Assembly: GCA_950097015.1 (NCBI GenBank)
Contig: CATNEN010000032.1
Location: forward strand, 2,728,001 to 2,792,000
DNA from: Macrostomum hystrix
Lineage: Eukaryota; Animalia; Platyhelminthes
Direction of reading: 5' to 3'
Length of the DNA stretch: 64,000 nt
The position numbers and the translations under genes are program-made. Positions within the stretch are counted from its first letter, which is position 1; each line of letters opens with the position of its first letter. The notes under the pieces were generated by a model. It saw only the letters and a list, made by a program, of their open reading frames with translations. It was not told the DNA's origin and ran no database searches. Below, one piece after another: positions 12,377 to 24,575 of this stretch.

Positions 12377-12402
12377 CTAGAGCCAGCTGAAGTTGCTGTG
12401 GC
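10718..12402 (-). CDS. CTU1: Cytoplasmic tRNA 2-thiolation protein 1; exons 12402-12013 and 11524-10718
   Basis: CRFC/CRDC zinc motifs, PP-loop [57 protein letters not shown], and C-terminal CSLCGY...CKAC. GT-AG phase-0 intron; N-terminal CAG/polyQ tract. Confidence 0.96.
11725..11850. repeat. ~29-bp AT-rich tandem repeat in the CTU1 intron
   Basis: TAAGGATTATCCTGTATTAAATAATA(T/C)AT, ~4 copies. Confidence 0.8.
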
Positions 12403-12834
12403 CTGAAATATTAACATATTGTCAATTACTATTTGCTCGACTCAACAGATGCAGTTGTCAAAAAAATGTAAAGGAAGAAATAAAACACATTAGAAAGCTT
12501 GTTCTTAGTTACACAAATCTTATCTAATCCGTAGTTGTATTTGCATTTCACAATTAAAAGTACAAATGCATTTAGTTGACAGTAAAGTTACCTCAGCTCA
12601 CGAAGTTAATGGCAACTAGAGCTAGCAAGAAAAAAATGCACAAGGCAATATAAAAATATACAAATTGATATATTCATACTTTGTAAGAAGAAATTAGGAA
12701 AATCTTTTCTTGTCTGTGAAAGAGAACTGCAAGAAGATGACAACACTGTGAAACAATGCATTAAGGTAGCAACACTTCGTAGTTTAAAGGCTAAATGAGC
12801 AAGCTCAGAATGAAAAAGAGTGAAAAGAGGACTC

Positions 12835-13297
12835 TGGACACAAGCTATGGATTCCCTGGGAAATCCCTAGAGCATGACACAAACTATGGATTCCCGGGAA
12901 AATCCCCAGAGCATGACACAGACTACGGATTCCCTGGTAAATCCCCAGAGCATGACACAAACTATGGATTCCCTGGGAAATCCCTAGAGCATGACACAAA
13001 CTATGGATTCCCTGGGAAATCCCTAGAGCATGACACAAACGATGGATTCCCTGGGAAATCCCTAGAGCATGACATAAACGATGGATTCCCTGGGAAATCC
13101 CCAGAGCATGACACAGACTATGGATTCCCTGGGAAATCCCTAGAGCATGACACAAACTATGGATTCCCGGGAAAATCCCCAGAGCATGACACAGACTATG
13201 GATTCCCTGGGAAACCCCCAGAGCATGACACAGACTATGGATTCCCTGGGAAACCCCCAGAGCATGACACAAACTATGGATTCCCTGGAAAATCCCC
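12835..13297. repeat. 39-bp minisatellite between the POLRMT stop and CTU1
   Basis: Unit ACTATGGATTCCCTGGGAAATCCC(T/C)AGAGCATGACACA(A/G), ~12 copies. Confidence 0.95.
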
Positions 13298-13326
13298 GGC
13301 ATGAAAAGAGATTGACATAGTCCAGT

Positions 13327-16300
13327 TTAGGAGAAGAAATACTCGGATCGGAGCACCTCGGACAGGTCAAATTCGCCACGACTAGGAATCTGCAGAATGC
13401 GCTCATTGAACAGTTTAGCGGCATCGGCCTCTTTAGTGCTCAGCGAGGCCAGCTCAGCTGGTTTGTAGGCGAACACCCGGTGCAGATGACTGCTCAGGTT
13501 GTCCAGGATTGGCCTATTGTGCAGTTCAACAAACTGCTGCCTGCAGACTTCGCCCATAGCGTCAATATCGCAGGCGTGCGTCCAGAAGCAGTCGTGCACA
13601 GCGGCGAAGGTCAAGTCGCGTCGTCGGCACTCCAGGGCCGTCAGCATCATGTGGCAGGAGTCGAGAGAATGTACGAAATTAGGCGGAAACGCGTTGGACT
13701 GCTTGACCATGTCAGGTCTGTAGGGCTGCACAACTAGCAGGCCCAACGGTGTGCGCCATTGAATTGAAGCCCTACGCAGCTTGGCGACACCTTTGGCCAG
13801 GTCCGTGAACCAGCGCTGGATGTGGGTGGCGCTAGTGAAGATGCGCCCAATGCTAGATAGGGTCATGCTAGCCAGATAGGCGGCCGCCTTCTCGCGCATA
13901 TCGTCGGGAAATTCGGCGTCGCGCAGGCGAGCCAGAATCTGCTGCTTGGCGCCGTACTCCGTCACGCCATAGACTGTGGTCATGACAGACTGCTTGATAG
14001 TGCGCCTGACGATGTAGCCTTGAAGTGCTTGAGCCACCGCGTGGCCCTTGGCCGCCTCCGAGGCTCTGGTTGATTCGATCAGCTCGGCCACCGCCTGGTA
14101 GACATCCTGCGGCCGGTCAACCGCTCTCAGATTGACAGCGAGAGCACCGTCTAGATCCCTGCCCATGGCGGCATAGTGCTGGAGGCCGTTGCAGCTGCCG
14201 TCCTGGTGCACGGGAAATGCGCTGCAGTATCGCTCCGGCCCGTCCGGGTGCAGAGCGGCTGCTCGAATCTCGGCACAGGTTGCCAGGGTCTGCCAGGGCG
14301 CCTCGTCGTTCTGCCACCAGCCCCTGCCGGTCCAGGGCCGCTCGGCGCTGTCGATAATGTCCGGCAGAAGCGAATCAGCCATGGCCAGACGCTCAGCGTT
14401 GGTCAGCTTCTTGCCTAGATCGGCCACGTTGATGGCGTGAATGCGCAGCCATCGCCAGCCGCGCTCGCCTAGAGGCTTTGGCTTGTTGAAGCGCAGCAGG
14501 GAGCGGGACAGGTCGCAGCTCATGTGGTTCAGGTGGGGCGGCACAGGGTAGGCCCGGCCGCTGCGAGACAAAATTTGAGGATTATGTTTGTAAAACACTG
14601 CTTACTTGTGCTTCTTCAATAAGTAGCTAAAATAATAACACAAACTGCTATTTAACACTCACAGATAAGAAACTTCTCTTTAGATTCTAAGAAGCTGCTA
14701 TTCAGATGTCAAACTGTCATTAAAGCACGACATGAATTTTAAGAAACTGCCAATCAAAACTGTCTGATTCTAAGAAACAGCCCTTTAGATTCTAAGAAAC
14801 TACCATTCATTCAGATTCAAAGAAACTGCCACGCATTCAGATTCCAAGAAACTGCCACGCATTCAGATTCCAAGAAACTGCCATGCATTCAGATTCCAAG
14901 AAACTGCCACGCATTCAGATTCCAAGAAACTGCCACGCATTCAGATTCCAAGAAACTGTCATGCATTCAGATTCCAAGAAACTACCATGCATTCAGATTC
15001 CAAGAAACTGCCATGCATTCAGATTCCAAGAAACTACCATGCATTCAGATTCCAAGAAACTACCATGCATTCAGATTCCAAGAAACTACCATGCATTCAG
15101 ATTCCAAGAAACTACCATGCATTCAGATTCAAGAAACTGCCATTTAACACTGTCTGATTCTAAGAAACACAAACTTCAATTAAAGTCTGCATGATTCTAA
15201 GCACGACGCTTCTTACGCTGATATTTGGACGCACAAAACTTGGTATTTTGATTCTTTGAGACAAAAATACAAGTTGTAACTCGGCACCAGACTAACCGAA
15301 AGTCAATATTATGCGGCAAATAGAACGGCTGGTCTTTCAGCCAATCAGCGATTGACAGCCGGTAGAGCTCAGTGCACCAAAGCGAATATCTCTCCCGCTC
15401 CTCCTTTCTCTCAGCCGCTTTGCCACGTCGAAGCGCCCGAATATCGGCAGCCGGAGTGCCCGGAGGCGGCGGAGCCAGCGGCAGCACCGTGCGCGGCCTG
15501 GCGGGCAGGGCCAGATGCTCGGCTCCGTTGGCATTGAAACGGGCGACGATGAGGCGCAGGAGCTTGGAGTCGACTCGCCAAGCGCACGAGCTGACAGTCT
15601 GGGTGAGTTGGGCATCGATGAAAAAGATCAACTGAAGGAAAAATAGAAAGATGTTCCGAAGGATTTCGGAAAACTTAATCGAGTTAATCTAGATTAAAAA
15701 ATTTCCGAATTCCCAATTTAGATAAACAAACAAAAACCGAAACAAGAACCGAAATTCGGAACCGAAATTTCCGAATTTTTCATCTAGTTAAACAACCGAA
15801 ATTTCCGAGTTCTTAATCTAGTTAAACTACCGAAATTTCCGAATTCTTGATCTAGTTAAACTACCGAAATTTCCGAATTCTTGATCTAGTTAAACTACCG
15901 AAATTTCCGAATTCTTGATCTAGTTAAACAACCGAAATTTCCGAATTCTTGATCTAGTTAAACTACCGAAATTTCCGAATTCTTGATCTAGTTAAACTAC
16001 CGAAATTTCCGAATTCTTGATCTAGTTAAACTACCGAAATTTCCGAATTCTTGATCTAGTTAAACAACCGAAATTTCCGAATTCTTGATCTAGTTAAACT
16101 ACCGAAATTTCCGAATTCTTGATCTAGTTAAACTACCGAAATTTCCGAATTCTTGATCTAGTTAAACTACCGAAATTTCCGAATTCTTAATCTAGTTAAA
16201 CTACCGAAATTTCCGAATTCTTAATCTAGTTAAACAACCGAAATTTCCGAATTCTTAATCTAGTTAAACTACCGAAATTTCCGAATTCTTAATCTAGTTG

Positions 16301-19300
16301 ACCTACCGAAATTTTCTAATTCTTAATCTAGTTAAACTACCGAAATTTCCGAATTCTTGATCTAGTTAAACTACCGAAATTTCCGAATTCTTGATCTAGT
16401 TAAACTACCGAAATTTCCGAATTCTTGATCTAGTTAAACAACCGAAATTTCCGAATTCTTGATCTAGTTAAACTACCGAAATTTCCGAATTCTTGATCTA
16501 GTTAAACTACCGAAATTTCCGAATTCTTGATCTAGTTAAACTACCGAAATTTCCGAATTCTTAATCTAGTTAAACTACCGAAATTTCCGAATTCTTAATC
16601 TAGTTAAACAACCGAAATTTCCGAATTCTTAATCTAGTTAAACTACCGAAATTTCCGAATTCTTAATCTAGTTGACCTACCGAAATTTTCTAATTCTTAA
16701 TCTAGTTAAACTACCGAAATTTTCTAATTCTTAATCTAGTTAAACTACCGAAATTTTCTAATTCTTAATCTAGTTAAACTACTGAAATTTTCTAATTCTT
16801 AATCTAGTTAAACAACCGAAATTTCCGAATTCTTGATCTAGTTAAACAACCGAAATTTCCGAATTCTTGATCTAGTTAAACTACCGAAATTTCCGAATTC
16901 TTGATCTAGTTAAACTACCGAAATTTCCGAATTCTTGATCTAGTTAAACTACCGAAATTTCCGAATTCTTGATCTAGTTAAACAACCGAAATTTCCGAAT
17001 TCTTGATCTAGTTAAACTACCGAAATTTCCGAATTCTTAATCTAGTTGACCTACCGAAATTTTCTAATTCTTAATCTAGTTAAACTACCGAAATTTTCTA
17101 ATTCTTAATCTAGTTAAACTACTGAAATTTTCTAATTCTTAATCTAGTTAAACAACCGAAATTTCCGAATTCTTAATCTAGTTGACCTACCGAAATTTTC
17201 TAATTCTTAATCTAGTTAAACTACCGAAATTTTCTAATTCTTAATCTAGTTAAACTACTGAAATTTTCTAATTCTTAATCTAGTTAATCAATCGAAATTT
17301 CCGAATTCTTAATCTAGTTAATCAATCGAAATTTCCGAATTCTTAATCTAGTTAAACAACCGAAATTTCCTATTACTAAACTAGTTAAACAAACCGAAAT
17401 TTCTAAAATAAAAAACTAAAGTCTTTAGAAACAAAGATTTCGGCAACCTTCCATTTTTAGACAACACCGAATTTGAGTAAGCCAGAAGCACAGACAATCA
17501 GGCCAGTTTTATACCTGCAAAGCGTCTAGGACAATCTGAGGCGGCCCAGCCAATTGAATCTCGCTCAGCTGTTCAGTAGCGTGATAGCGCAGCAGGGAGG
17601 TGTCCCTAGTCAGGTAGCGAGCGGGCCAATGCGGCCTAGCCAGCATAGGCAGTTTAGTTGGTTGAAACATGAGCGCCATAGAGTCCTGAGCATTCTGAAA
17701 CGCTCTGGCTAGGACTGGGTGCACGCGAATGTGCTGTATGTTAGTGTCCGGATCCAGGACGTCATAAGTAGCCGGCACACCTCTGTAGGTCAGTGAGCTC
17801 AGGTGGCTGGCTAGGTAATTGGCTAGCTTCTCTTGCCAGCCCCGAGGCAGAGCTGGCCAACCAAGATGACCGGTTGACTTGCCCAGCTCCTGAGTAGGCG
17901 GGATTTGATGAGATCCAATCAGTAATCATTTAAATTACCTTCAGTTAATCAGCTATAATCATCATCATTACCTTTCTAGCGTTAAGCTGAAGCCTGGCAT
18001 AAAACGAGTCAGCCAAGTCCCTTAGAAAGATGTACTTTGGCGTGTAGTTTAACACCTGCATAGAAGCCAGGAGGGTGGCCTGTCGCAGCAGGAATTGAGC
18101 AGTGTCCTCTTCGCTCAGTACGGCCAGTAAGGGATAAATTGCCTTATTAGCCGATTCGTTAACGCGCAGATCGCGCCTCAGTTTTGGCACCAAACGGCGC
18201 AGTTCAACTAACCAGCGATCTTTCACTTCGGCGGCCTCTTTAGCGGCCTGGCGTCGGGCAGCCGGCGACACTTTGGCTAGGGGCGATGCGGCGCATAGGA
18301 TTGACACGGCCGGTTCTGACTGCTCCACCTGGGACGGAGGGGGTGGCGGGTTTGAGTTGTTTTAATTGCTCTTAATTAACAGGTGAATTCTACATACGCA
18401 CAGGTAACAATAACAGGTGAATTCTACATACGCACAGGTGACAATAACAGGTAAATTCTACATAACGCACAGGTCACAATAACCGGTGAATTCTACATAC
18501 GCACAGGTAACAATAACAGGCAATTCTACATACGCACAGATAACAATAACAGGTAAATTCTACATACGCACAGATAACAATAACAGGTAAATTCTACATA
18601 CGCACAGATAACAATAACAGATAAATTCTACATACGCACAGGTAACAATAACAGGTAAATTATACATACGCACAGGTAACAATAACAGGTAAATTATACA
18701 TACGCACAGGTGACAATAACCGGTGAATTCGAACAACGAACAGGTGACTATGATCAGTGAATTTCAACTCGTACATACGGAAAGTGACATCGCACCTGCA
18801 ACTGAAGCATCTCTGCCAGCTTCTCTGCTTCCTCCCGGCTGCCGTGAGTGACTGAACAAGCTGACCCATGAGAAGCGGCAGCAGGCGCAACTGATTGGCC
18901 CAGCGAATAAGATCGCAATCTGGCTAGTTTCAGTCCGGCAGCCAGGTCTGAATCCACATCCTCCTGCAGTTGGGCCAGCCAATCAGACTCGGCAGCCAAT
19001 CGGACGGTCAGTTCGGCTATTTCAGCACTGCCCAGTTGACCGGCTGCCCGGAGGCCCACCGCCACTGAGCTAGCACTTAGGCGCTGGCCATCTTTGGCTG
19101 CACCAGCTAGGACAGATAGACTAGAGGACAGGGTGGGCCTGTGCAGAAGGACCGCTGCTGGAACCTGGGTGTGGTGACAATAGTTTTGTTTATATAACGG
19201 CCCATTTAAGAACATGAACTTGTCAGTAAGTGAATGTATGCAATAAAGATTTGAATATACCAAAAGTAAAAAGCCTTTGGCATATAAAGACATGTTTCTT

Positions 19301-20186
19301 TACTCTTTCTAGGGCAGCTGCAGTCTCTTTTTAAATTTCTATGTACTTTGCTAGCTCTCCTGTTACCTCTGTATTTTCTTGCACTATTAAATATGCTTCT
19401 GTCTTCTGCTGTGAGACTACGAAAGTTCTTTCTATGGATGAGATGTCTCCAACAACATTTTACCTGACCGCCTTATAAGGATTTAAGTTGCACCGGAAGA
19501 AAAAATCTACTTCATTTTCGTTACTAGATCTACTTCATTACCTTGCAGTTCCTAAAGTTAATTCTCTCAATTAAGCCTCGATCCCAACCAACAGGAAACG
19601 ACAGGTAAAAATCGATAGTTAGAAATCTGCCATCTCACCTGTTCATCCAGCACAATCAGGCCGTGGCGCAGGCTGTGCAGTGTATGGAATCTAGCCCTCT
19701 GGTTAGCCAACTGTTTAGCAGCTAATTCGTGTTGACCGCGAAGGCACAGGCAGAGCAGCGAGGCGGCCAGTTCTTCGTTAAAACGCTCCGCTTTGCGAGC
19801 GAAAACGCTGCCAATGCTAGGCGAGAAATCGGCCATATTGACAGGCCTATCTGGCTGCGGAATGCGCAATCGAAACATTTCAACAGCTTGACGACAGCGG
19901 AGACGCAGCTTAGCGTCTAACCATAGGCGCTCAGACATCTGGTCAAGCTGTCGACTGAGTACAGTGGCTAGAATTCTCGGACAATCAATATTCTTTAATT
20001 GTAAGGAGAATCTACTGGCTTCAGTTGTGCCTGATTTTTCAGTCGATGGCATGGACTCCACAGCGGATGATGAAGGGTTGCCGTCATCAGCTCTGGAACT
20101 GTGTCGCAAACGTCTGGGAATGGGAGCCGATGCTGCTGTGACAGCGACTGGCGCAGATGTACTCTGATGCTGGCGAGCTGCTAAGC
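13327..20186 (-). CDS. POLRMT: Mitochondrial (T7-like) RNA polymerase; exons ~20186-19639, 19164-18796, 18328-17972, 17889-17515, 15598-15297, 14560-13327; first exon not located
   Basis: PHNIDFR|GRAYP splice junction, HQDGSCNGLQHY (motif A), IKQSVMTTVYG (motif B), PPNFVHSLD, VHDCFWTH (motif C), and the YFFS terminus. GT-AG introns keep the frame. Confidence 0.95.
14815..15140. repeat. 26-bp intronic minisatellite
   Basis: Unit GCATTCAGATTCCAAGAAACT(G/A)CCA(C/T). Confidence 0.93.
15770..17400. repeat. 34-bp intronic minisatellite (~48 copies)
   Basis: Unit TCTAGTTAAACTACCGAAATTTCCGAATTCTTGA, degenerating at both edges. Confidence 0.96.
18378..18730. repeat. 34-bp intronic minisatellite
   Basis: Unit ACAGGTAAATTCTACATACGCACAGGTAACAATA, ~10 copies. 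Confidence 0.92.
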
Positions 20187-23100
20187 CTGCATTTGTTTTT
20201 CATATGTTCAAATCATTTTAATCATGCCCTACTACAATATAAACACAATGTCATCAATGACTTACATCTGCAACACATCTGTTGGGTCTCTGCTAGTGCA
20301 AGAACCCGCAGCAATGGCAGCATTGCTGAAATGACAATTTACAATAAACCGAGTTTATTTAATTATTATATAGTTAGCTAGTCAGATAGGCTAGATTCAT
20401 GGTAGTAATAGATTATGACTTCTTAGTCTCAACTAGCTATTTTATAACATTAAGGTAATGTACTATACTTAGGTCATTTTACTTATTTCTATAGACATGC
20501 TGTATCCTAATCTGGTGGCATTATTCTCAATTTTTGTTTTTTTACTCTTTAATTTATTCCAATCTTGAAAGTTAAATAAGTGCCAAAATATAGAATTCTA
20601 TTGTCTGACAGGGCACGGATGTTCACAAGTCTCTATGGCACTTTTTTTATTTTATTCATTGCAATTGTTCTTCAGCTTTCTTAAATTGACTATATTGCAT
20701 TCAACTTTGTATTTCTTGCATAGAGAGCTTGTGAACATGGCAGCCATTGCCATTCACTCTGTTTCCCACCTAGCCATGCACACAATTGAAACAAAGTGAA
20801 TAGCTGCCATGCACATTGCTCCACTTACAAAAGCTGAAGACATTAACAATATCAGTTATAAAATTGTAGCTAGTAAAAAATTAAAGTGTTTAGCAGGGTA
20901 GTGATGTTCCGAAATTGTTTGTTAATTGAAATCAAAATATAACTGTTCCTAAATTATAATTTAAATTTTCACAAAGTACTACAATACTAAGATTGTAGTC
21001 TCCAGCAAACATTTGCTTCTACATCTATTGTTTTCCTAAATCAATTTATCTTGTACAAACTATTAATTGACACTAAAATAAGCTGGAGTTGTATTTATGT
21101 AAGATTTTGGCAGCTAGAATTTGAACTATTTCATATGGTCAAAATATGCTCACAATGCTTGTTTTGATTTTTACCTTGAGATTTTCAAAATCATGAAGTT
21201 GATAAAATCAAATTTTGTTCCAACTTTTCTACAGCACTAAATGTAGGATGCATACATGCGCAACACCCAGCCGACCTAGCTAAACCGGCCATGTGAAACA
21301 AGGGCCAAGCAAGGTAAGTCACAAAAACCAATCGACCAAGCGCAAAAAAATCAAAGGGGGACCAAGGGACAAAAAAGGAAGGCGTGAAGAAAAAGAAAAA
21401 AGGGAGAGAAAAAGAGAGCAAATGAGAGCAAACTAAGTTGTAAATAGAGCAATGAAACAAACTAAGTCGTAAATAGAGCAAAAACTAAGTTGTATGGCCA
21501 GCTAAGATTTGGGAGGTTGCACATGTATGGTAGGATATCTTATCAAACTTTTTGTTGTTTTAATTCAGAAGTTTTAACATTCTTGTTCTTTTAGTTACTA
21601 TTTGGCAGCTAACGTTGCTACCAAGGAACTACTATCAGAAGAATGTTCCAAAGATATTCTTTTTAATGCACTTTTATTTCTCTAGGGTAGAATTTCTCTC
21701 TCTCTCTCTCTCTCCTGTATGTTCATATGTGACCTGAGAGGTTTTTTAACACTGGTTATGCACTCAATGTCAGGCATACCTGTGGATTAGAGGAATACAG
21801 CAATAGGCCTTTCAATTGCCTATGGATAGGCACCAAAATTCTAGTATTATTCTCCAAAGTTATTTTTTGGGAACTACTCTGGTTATCCTCTGAGTTCTTT
21901 CTAGAGAATTTCACATTTTCTTGAATTTGATTAATATCTTTGTTTGCTTGTTAACTAACTTAAGCAGTTTGCAAGGAAAGTTATCCCAAAGGAAAATGAT
22001 GACTTTCTTCTCTAAATATTCTTTTTATATCATGTTTTATTTACAATTATTAACAAAAACTTACTAAAAATTTTATTTGATCATACTTTTTTAACAAACA
22101 TTTATTAGCAAAAAATATTTTAGGATCATTTCACTTATAAAATTTATTTTAATTTTTGCAATTGCATAAATTTAACTTAGTAAATTAAGGAATTAAAAGT
22201 TTAGAGGCCTATTACAATTACATTTGGCTCCAAAAGGTCTAAAATTAGGGAAAAAAATAATTTGAAATCAAACTTTAAGAACATAAGAACATAAAGTTGG
22301 TATGAATTGCAGATTTTGGGGGTCAACAAAGTGCAGCAATTGGTTGACATACAACGCAGCCGCCGCCACCGTCCGTGACCGTCTGCAACATGAAATCGCT
22401 AATTGAACTTTCAGCCGCAAATTAAATTTGCATGGTTAAAAGAAAGCAAAGTTGTTAATATAATATGTTTTTTTAAAGCACTGCAATAACATATTTATAT
22501 CTTTAATTTGAAGCGAATAACTTTGTTTTTGTGCGTTGAATTAACGTAGCCAACGGTCTTCAATGAGGTCATTGTTTATGAGTACTCGTTTAAGAATTCG
22601 CTTCCTGTCTACCACTTATGGGTTTGGATCCTTAAATAATAGGAAATTAAAGTACTATTATGTAGATCGAAGGAACAGCTATGGTTTTACCGCTTGGCAT
22701 TTGATCTCGGAAATCTCGTCCACTTAGCTTGTTAGCAGGCGCCGGCTTATAAATAAAAAAAACAATGTTGATTGCGTGTCTACTTGACCCAAAAAAAGAT
22801 GTTTATTTTAGTTCTGTGAACGTTGAAGGTCTCAGGAGGCTCAGGAGGTTTTCCTAGCTATTTGAAGAGTAAAGAACAAATATATTAAAATATTTTTATT
22901 GCTTTTGTCTTACTCATGCATGTACTTACTGTATGTACCGTGTTATATATAGCATTTAAATGCATAAAAAATCTAATGCTGAAGATTTTCACCAGAAAAA
23001 AGCATCCCGGTAAGACTTCACCGAGAAAACTTCGACGGGACAAAGCAGGAAACAATGAGTACGATTAGAAACTGCAATCAGTCCGATATTTAATTGTATC

Positions 23101-23486
23101 AATTTTGTATCATTAACCCAATTATAAAAAGCTCCACTTGATTTCGATTCAATCAAACCTGCAAAATGCGCACCGCCTCTTTAAACTCAGCTGCTATAGT
23201 ATAACAGTATGTGGCTCGTAGCTCATGAGCCCTCCATAAATGTTGATCATGAACTAGAGAACACAATTCGAATGCGTTTTTTAATTAAAACGACATATGG
23301 ATATTTTGGTGCTGGCATTTCAGCTCATGAAATAAAATACACTAAAATTTCTGAATATCAAACTCCCATGTAGTACAATGCTCCCATGTACTTACGACGA
23401 TTTTCTATATGTGCGTAAAAGAAAACAAAGCAACATGCACGCGTCAGATGGCGCGCCGCAAGACTAGATAGCTCGAGAGGACGAAA

Positions 23487-23851
23487 AGGGGGGTCGGTGG
23501 CAGAGCGGTTAACGCGTTTGCCACTCGCACCACAGTCCCTAAGTTCGATTCCACGGCGAGGCCACATTAATTTGGGGCGCAGCCGCGGAGAGAAGGCTTG
23601 GGGGCTTGTCGTGCAATTTACGCCCTTGAGGGCCAACCTCCAAGGCACAGTTCGAGTGTACACTGCCTGACGATGAGAAAGTCAGGGCAGATGTACACAC
23701 CTGTGTGAGCGTATGCCTGCGTACGGTATCTGTGTGCGTGTGTGCTCAGGAGTCAGCGAAATGGGCAGAATTGCCTCCTCGCTGGCTGCGGGTCTAGTGT
23801 CACCAAACTATGTGTCATTGCCCGCAGCCCTCCTGCAATTATTATTATTAT
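23487..23851 (+). mobile_element. Full-length tRNA-derived SINE, family 1
   Basis: A-box TGGCAGAGCGG, B-box GTTCGATTCC, (ATT)n tail, and a 12-bp TSD GAGAGGACGAAA (23475-23486, 23852-23863). Confidence 0.92.
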
Positions 23852-24575
23852 GAGAGGACGAAATCCGTTTTTTGGCATTGTCGAGGCGCTCTGGCGTTGG
23901 GTACGGGTTCAGGATTTGACCCACACCTGACAGGACCCTGCAGAGTGAGCAGCAGGGCGTCTTATAAGAGATAGCCTTCGACCCGGATCGCGTGGCCCTG
24001 CCATCAGTTTGAAGTCTTCGACGATTGCATCAAAAGGCATCTTTCCCGACGATCTCGTCATCTTTAAATAAGTTGCAGCGGGCATAACATGTACTCGTAT
24101 TTTGCTTTTCGTCAAGACATTTTAGGTCAGAAGAAGCAAGCCAGGAGCCGCACGTATATTTATTTTTACGCTTAAAAACTTCAAATTTCAGAAAATTCAG
24201 TTAATGGTGTGCTCAAGTACATCTAGAAAACTAATATAGTATCCTAGATGTCGTTGGCTGTGCTGTGCTGGGAGCTGAATCTACCTGGACAGGTTTCAAC
24301 CTGACGGTGAAATAAAAAACTATAGAAAAAATAGAACCTTCTTGACTGTTGCATTTTCGATAGAGATGCTAGCGAAAACTTGGGACGCGAATTGAGTCTA
24401 TAATTGTACGAACTATAATAGAGACCCGAGCGTGTTTTGACTAGAAAAACTGCAGAAATAGCTAAAGCAAGAGAAAGCAACTACTGGAGTTGCTTTCAAA
24501 ACACAGGTAAGGGAGCATTGATTTTTAATTCAACAATCAGTTATGCATGGTCTCGAGAGTCCAGCTGCTATTCTT

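Noticed and set aside
12795-13304. GFPGKSLEHDTNY repeat ORF (collagen-like look)
   Set aside because: 39-bp array immediately 3' of the POLRMT stop; no Gly-X-Y register and no signal peptide.
13327-14598. Phage T7-like RNA polymerase or prophage
   Set aside because: Split by GT-AG introns and carries mitochondrial-type motifs (PPNFVHSLD, YFFS end).
3687-18730. CRISPR arrays (repeat lengths 26-39 bp)
   Set aside because: Units are head-to-tail with no unique spacers, there are no cas genes, and the context is eukaryotic.
23488-23560. tRNA genes at A/B-box-containing sites (also 2609 and 30597)
   Set aside because: No complete cloverleaf; they continue into a shared SINE body and tail.
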